Positions 58,847 to 64,000 of a stretch of 64,000 bases of DNA are shown here, piece by piece; the first letter of the stretch is position 1, and each line of letters begins with the position of its first letter. A model generated the notes under the pieces. That model made no database searches and was not told where the DNA came from. It was given only the letters and a program-made list of their open reading frames with translations. This DNA is from Oculina patagonica. Its lineage: Eukaryota. The stretch covers positions 8,370,001-8,434,000 of the forward strand of contig NC_135761.1 of NCBI RefSeq assembly GCF_052425735.1, written 5' to 3'. The position numbers were made by a program, and so were the translations under genes.

Positions 58847-59945
58847 ATATATATATGATAAATGCAAATGCGGCCTTACACTACTGAAGACCTGAAAAAA
58901 ATTTTTCAGAGCCTGAAATTTTTTTCAGGTCTTCATTAGTGTAAGGCCGCATTTGCATTTATCATATATATATTTCATTGCTACTGCTGGACACACATTC
59001 ATTTATTTCACATTTCACATATACTTGGGCCGAGTATCATGTCCACCATATAAAGGGATTACCCATATACTACCGCTCTCATGTGGCTTTGATAGCTCAG
59101 TGGTAGAGCATTGCACTGGCAAAGGTCGTGGGTTCGACTCCCGCTCATAGCCTGAAAATTTTTTTCAGGTCTTCAGTAGTGTAAGGCCGCATTTGCATTT
59201 ATTGCGGGCCCAAGAGAGGCCCGCAACCCTAATCTTGACAGTGACCAGCGGATTGCGTATGACGCGTGCGCGCCACGTTTATAAAAGACTAGCTGCAAAG
59301 CGGAAGTTGAAAATTTTGTTCTTCCACCAAGAACGATCAGAATGCGAAAAATGTGTCAATCACAACAGTTTGTCGAGACACCGGAAGTTGAAAATCTGTT
59401 CATCAAGACGATAAGAATGCGAAAAATGTGTCAATGTCAACAGTTTGTCACATAAGATCGAGGCTTCTGTCACATGGAAGAAACATTACGTTTTGCAGAC
59501 GTTGTTCAGACGTTGGTTTTGAGAAGATTTGCTGTGATTGTATCACAGATAAACCAGAGCAAAACGAATGATTCCAACATCAGTTATTTAATCTCGAAAA
59601 ATTCCTTACAACACTGACAACATAGCGAGTTCACCGACAGAGGAAAATCACATCTTAATTGCACCGCGTGCTCGATTAAATCATGCATTCCTCGCGTGAC
59701 GCGTTACTTTTGTCTAGTGATTTGTCAACTATTAATCCGTAATTTTCCACCATGAACGGTTAATGCAAAAGGATCAGAAAATGTATCGTTCAAACACTGG
59801 GAAGTTGAGAATTTTTTTCCTCCACAAAGAACGATTAGAATCCGAAAACAAAAGTTTGTCGAGGCCCGAACTTTCTAACCTGTGGTTACCACTAGTCATA
59901 TATATATTTCATTGCTACTGCTGGACACACATTCATTTATCATTT
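58847..59945 (+). mobile_element. tRNA-derived SINE-like element with terminal direct repeat and inverted 5' copy, split by Helentron-like copy 3
   Basis: tRNA-like module 59085-59153 (A box TAGCTCAGTGG, B box GGTTCGACTCC); direct repeats starting 58910 and 59149; 58847-58909 is the inverse of 58913-58972; the right repeat resumes at 59897. Confidence 0.65.
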
Positions 59946-60190
59946 ATTTATCGACACTGCCATCTAAAATAACGCACTCTCGTACCAGTACCTTTTCTAA
60001 GTGCGTCAAGGCCCGAACTTTCTAACCTGTGGTTACCACTAGTCATATATATATTTCATTGCTACTGCTGGACACACATTCATTTATCATTTATTTATCG
60101 ACACTGCCATCTAAAATAACGCACTCTCGTACCAGTACCTTTTCTAAGTGCGTCAAGGCCCGCACTTTCTAACCTGTGGTTACCACTAGT
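59862..60190. repeat. 147-bp tandem duplication (2.2 copies)
   Basis: Units start at 59862, 60009 and 60156. Confidence 0.9.
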
Positions 60191-60274
60191 TTTAAGTAAA
60201 AACGATTTACCGAATCCAGTTGGCAATGCCACCAAACCATCTTTGTCCGACACAGGCGCCTACACCGTTTACTT

Positions 60275-60671
60275 CAGGGGCACCCAACAGACCGTTTTGA
60301 CGAATATCTGTTCGGAAGACGATCTTCGGATTTAAGTGTGATGAAAAACTGGAGATTTCTTTAGCTCAAACTTTCTTGACGTGGGAAAGCAATAGCTGTT
60401 GTTTTCGTAGAGAGAAACATGTCGTTTTGGTTTAATAAAAGGACAGCTGCGATTTTCGAGAAGGTAACAGCCGCTCGTAAATTCAGCTAATAATATTTCG
60501 TTTCCTAACATGTTCTGAAGTTTAAACATTCAGCTAGCGCGTATATCCGAACAAAATACGCCTTTCTTAATAGGGTCTAAAAATAAGGCTTTAAAACGCA
60601 CAAAAAGGACACTGAAAACGTAAGAACGGTGTTCCGACACTTAAAGTAAAATTTTTCGTTGGGTGCCCCTG
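60275..60671. mobile_element. hAT-like MITE
   Basis: TIR CAGGGGCACCCAAC / GTTGGGTGCCCCTG; no TSD recognised. Confidence 0.6.
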
Positions 60672-61110
60672 TAAAACAATTTGTGTTTAGCGCATTCTAT
60701 TTCAACAAGGAAAGTTAAACCGTTTGTCATTTGGCTATTCGATTTCTTTATTAGCTATACCATCCTGCAACTGATCTCTAGACCATTTGATCTAGCTTGG
60801 CCTGCTGATCTACTTGAACCTGATTAAAGTTACACAGTAGAGACCTTCCTCGAAAAGCCTATTAGGGTTTGCTGATAGTTCCTGTCCTATAATCTCCTTA
60901 ATGAAATCTTGTAACTTAGAACTTTTAGAATGAAATAGCGCAAATACAGATTAATTGATTGTGTTGACGGCCGGCCACACCAAAGTTCACAATAAATCGA
61001 TCGAGTTCCAATGAACATGCACGCGGTCAACGTCATCTCGACCCTGTGCGATATTGTAACGTTGTAAAATAAACTTTACACAGCTGAACGAAGATCATTT
61101 TGGTGTTAAG

Positions 61111-63935
61111 ATGGCGTTCTTGCGTAACCTTGCTTATACTGCTAAACAGGCTATTTCAGCTAAAGATGTTTTCAGTGAAGTTGATATGCCGAAAGACACA
61201 CTCGATCAGCCATGCGATATTACTTTGGTGGTTGAAAATGGCAAAAAGTTTAAAGCTCACCGACAAGTTCTTTCAGAGGCAAGTCCTTTCTTTGAAAAGC
61301 TGCTGAACAGTGACATGAAAGAGTCTAAAGAAGGAATTGTTCGATTGGGGATGTTTTCCGATTCTGCAACGGGAAAGACACTGGAGTTTATTTACGCCGG
61401 TAATGTTGAGATATTGTCTGAAGACGATGCCCGAGACCTAATCGTTATGGCCGATTATTTGTTAATAGAAAACTTAAAAACTCTCACTGAAAGATTCTTA
61501 TTAGGTAAGTTGAATATTTCAAATTGTATTTCAACTTACTATTTTTCCGAAAGATATCAATGCAAAGAACTTGTTTCGGAGACCAAAAAATTCATCTTTG
61601 CAAATTTCACCTCTTTATTCAAAGGTGACCGCAAAAATGTTTTGAATATGCCAAGTAAAGAAATTCAAATGTGGATTTCAAGTAATGAGATAAATGTTAC
61701 TGCCGAAGAAGATGTGTTTAAGATCATCCTAGCATGGATTGATCATGACAAAAGCAAGCGAAAGAAATACTTCGCCGAGTTATTTCGTCACGTCCAACTG
61801 GTGTATGTATCACGTGACTTTCTGTGCAGTGAGATATGGACAAATGGCCTTGTGAGCGACAATGATGAGGGGTGTTTGGATCTTGTAGAGGACGCTATGA
61901 GGTTGCTTGAGTCTAGAAACTACGACAGACTCCCTGTCACCCCTAGAAAATCGCTTGAGGTCCCTGTTATAGTGGCCTGTAGTCCAGCAAAGGGTCGTCA
62001 TATTCAGCATTATTTTCCTCGTGAGGATCGGTGGTACAGTTTAGGCGAGATGCCATTTTCTTTCGTGAGTAGCTATCTCGTCGGGCCTTGTCATGGTAAA
62101 ATCTACGGTATACAGTATGAATTTGCTTCCTATCGTCACCGAATGGTGAGTTTCAACCCATACACCAACAAATGGATGTTATTACCAAGCAAAGAGGACA
62201 GAGACTTAAAGCAAATATTTGTTGCAAATGAAAATGAAATGAACGCTTTGGTATCTGAACCATGTAAGAACCATAGAGTGCACCCGCGCTACTATCTCCG
62301 ATTCCATACAGAGGTACAGTTCTGTGACAAAGAAAAACACGTTTCACTTATCACAAAGTACAAACCCGAATCAAACTCATGGGAGGACATATCATCATTT
62401 GATCACATGTGTTTGAAATTCAAGCTTTAACTAGTAAACAAATATACAAAAAACTTGTGACCAAGAGAACAATAGAGCCAACAAGCAAAGCCAAGTTTAC
62501 AGCTATCTTTTCCGAAAACAATTTGGACTGGGCAAATATCTATAAAATTCCGTTCAACTCGACACTTGATACGAGAACTAGAGCGCTTCAACTCAAAATA
62601 CTTCACAGAATTCTTTTCACCAATTCATCTCTTTTTAAGATGAAAATATCCGCCACTCCACTTTGCACCTTTTGTGACTTGGAGAGCGAAACCCTTGAGC
62701 ACCTTTTCGTGGACTGTGAATATGTGAAATCATTCTGGGAAGCTTTCACCGCTTGGGTTAATTCCCTAGGCATTGTTCTTAATCGACCAACTGGCCAAGA
62801 AATAATGCTCGGAATAACAGGAAATAACGACGATCGTAAGCTAGTTAATCACCTTCTAATCTTAGGGAAACAAACAGTATTTTATTGTAGACAAAAGAAG
62901 CTCTCACCAATGTTTTCATTGTTTCAGCTGCGTGTGCAGCGCATTATAGAAATTGAAAAGATAATAGCCACTAAAAGAGATAAACTATTAATACACCTGT
63001 CAAAATGGGAGAAGGTTGTACCTTTTTTTTTTTAACTAGTTAAGCTTAGATACTCCGGTCTATCTGTTTCTTTTCTATGAATTGATGCATATTGTAATCA
63101 GTGCTTAATGTGTTTTTCAAAAGTGTAATTAGTGTAGTAATCAGTAATTTGTTAGACGCTTATTTATTCATTTATTTATTTTTCATTTTGTCTTTTTAGG
63201 TTCTATTAACGTTATAAGCTGTAGTGTTATTGTATGTGTTGTAATAATAATTTTTGTCAAATAAAGAGCATAAATTATAAAAAAAAAATCATTTGATCAC
63301 ATGAATTTGAGGGAAAATGTTTGCATTGTATAGCCAAGAACAATTTTGTATACTTTGTTGGCGGTGAAGAAGATCGTTACACAGGTTACAGCTTCGAATT
63401 CAAATACAAATGCCTCGCTGATGTTGAGAGGTATGACCTTCGCAAAAACAAGTGGGACAAAGTAGCTGATATTCAAATTGCAAGGAGCTCTGCTACCGGT
63501 GCTGCGGCAAACGGGAGAATTGTTATTGCTGGTGGAATTAGAACCACTAAATGGTGGTCGTCCCGTCCGGAAGAATTGCAACGTGAATTGTTCAGTGAAA
63601 CAACAACTAAATGGGAATTTATTCAAACGTGTGACATGCATCCACGGTCAATTCTCAAACTCCTGTCTGTTGATGACAGACTGTATGTACTTGCCAACTC
63701 GACTCGTCCGCCTTCAGACGAAAGACCGTTTCAATACCAAAGAAATGTCAAATGCTATGACCCTGACAAAAATGAATGGAGCCAGAAAACGCAAATCCCT
63801 GGAAAGGGGGGTCATGCGTTTAAGTTTTTTTCAATAAGGATTTTCAACGGATTTCTCGATAATAAAGGAGCGAGGGAGGTCACGCGGAAAACGACATCTT
63901 CTCCCGTCCAATCATCACGTGCATGCTTCTTGTGA
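61111..63935 (+). pseudogene. Intronless kelch-like (BTB-BACK-kelch) gene disrupted by a LINE insertion and a 2-bp insertion
   Basis: BTB (CDITLVVENGKKFKAHRQVLSEASPFF), BACK (EEDVFKIILAWIDHD), kelch repeats (VYFVGG, VERYDLRKNKW, IVIAGG, KCYDPDKNEW). After removing the LINE the frame reads DHM-NLRENVCIV-TAG because of an extra TA at about 63330. Confidence 0.8.
62410..63287 (+). mobile_element. 5'-truncated L1/Tx1-clade LINE (ORF2 C-terminus with zf-RVT, 3' UTR, poly-A)
   Basis: ORF to 63035 with QLKILHRILFTN and CTFCDLESETLEHLFVDC; AATAAA at 63260; A-tail; 15-16 bp TSD (A)TCATTTGATCACATG at 62394-62409 and 63288-63303. Confidence 0.92.
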
Positions 63936-64000
63936 CCAAGCTGGTAAACTGCAGGGAACTAGAATCCGTATGCGTTCCTTGGATAGCTGCCTCTCAACCA

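Larger units (their letters stand above)
57863..60190 (+). mobile_element. Helentron-like copy 2 containing nested insertions, including copy 3 at 59199-59896
   Basis: Same 5' hairpin at 57863 and 59199; 3' end AGGCCCGMACTTTCTAACCTGTGGTTACCACTAGT ending at 59896, 60043 and 60190. Confidence 0.6.

Noticed and set aside
59085-59153. Functional tRNA gene
   Set aside because: Anticodon arm is truncated; part of a repeat element.
63180-63200. Strong 3' splice site inside the LINE 3' UTR as a rescue for the kelch gene
   Set aside because: All three frames after 63199 reach stop codons before the kelch sequence resumes.

Overview
AT-rich eukaryotic genomic DNA with GT-AG introns and two N gaps. 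Gene content and repeat families point to an anthozoan cnidarian, probably a stony coral (inference). Genes in order: the 3' part of a spliced FG-GAP/NERD1-like membrane protein gene (+, to 5395); an intronless ankyrin-repeat gene (-, 7615-9021); an 11-exon P4HTM-like prolyl 4-hydroxylase (-, 15705-28746) with an intronless melatonin-receptor-like GPCR nested antisense in intron 1; a tandem array of seven intronless melanocortin/adenosine-like GPCRs (-, 32858-55319; one pseudogene; six with DQL in place of DRY) containing a tRNA-Glu(CTC); and a BTB-BACK-kelch gene disrupted by an L1/Tx1 LINE. The non-coding DNA is full of transposons whose ends and TSDs can be read directly. Highlights: (1) two copies of one MITE inserted in opposite orientation into a 5' splice site, triplicating the donor; (2) four minimal type I hammerhead ribozymes of the Penelope type, one pair bracketing a tandem array of ribozyme half-units; (3) tRNA-like elements with Penelope-style inverted-repeat/tail architecture; (4) a nested Helentron-like cluster. 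All coordinates were read by eye and no database search was run.
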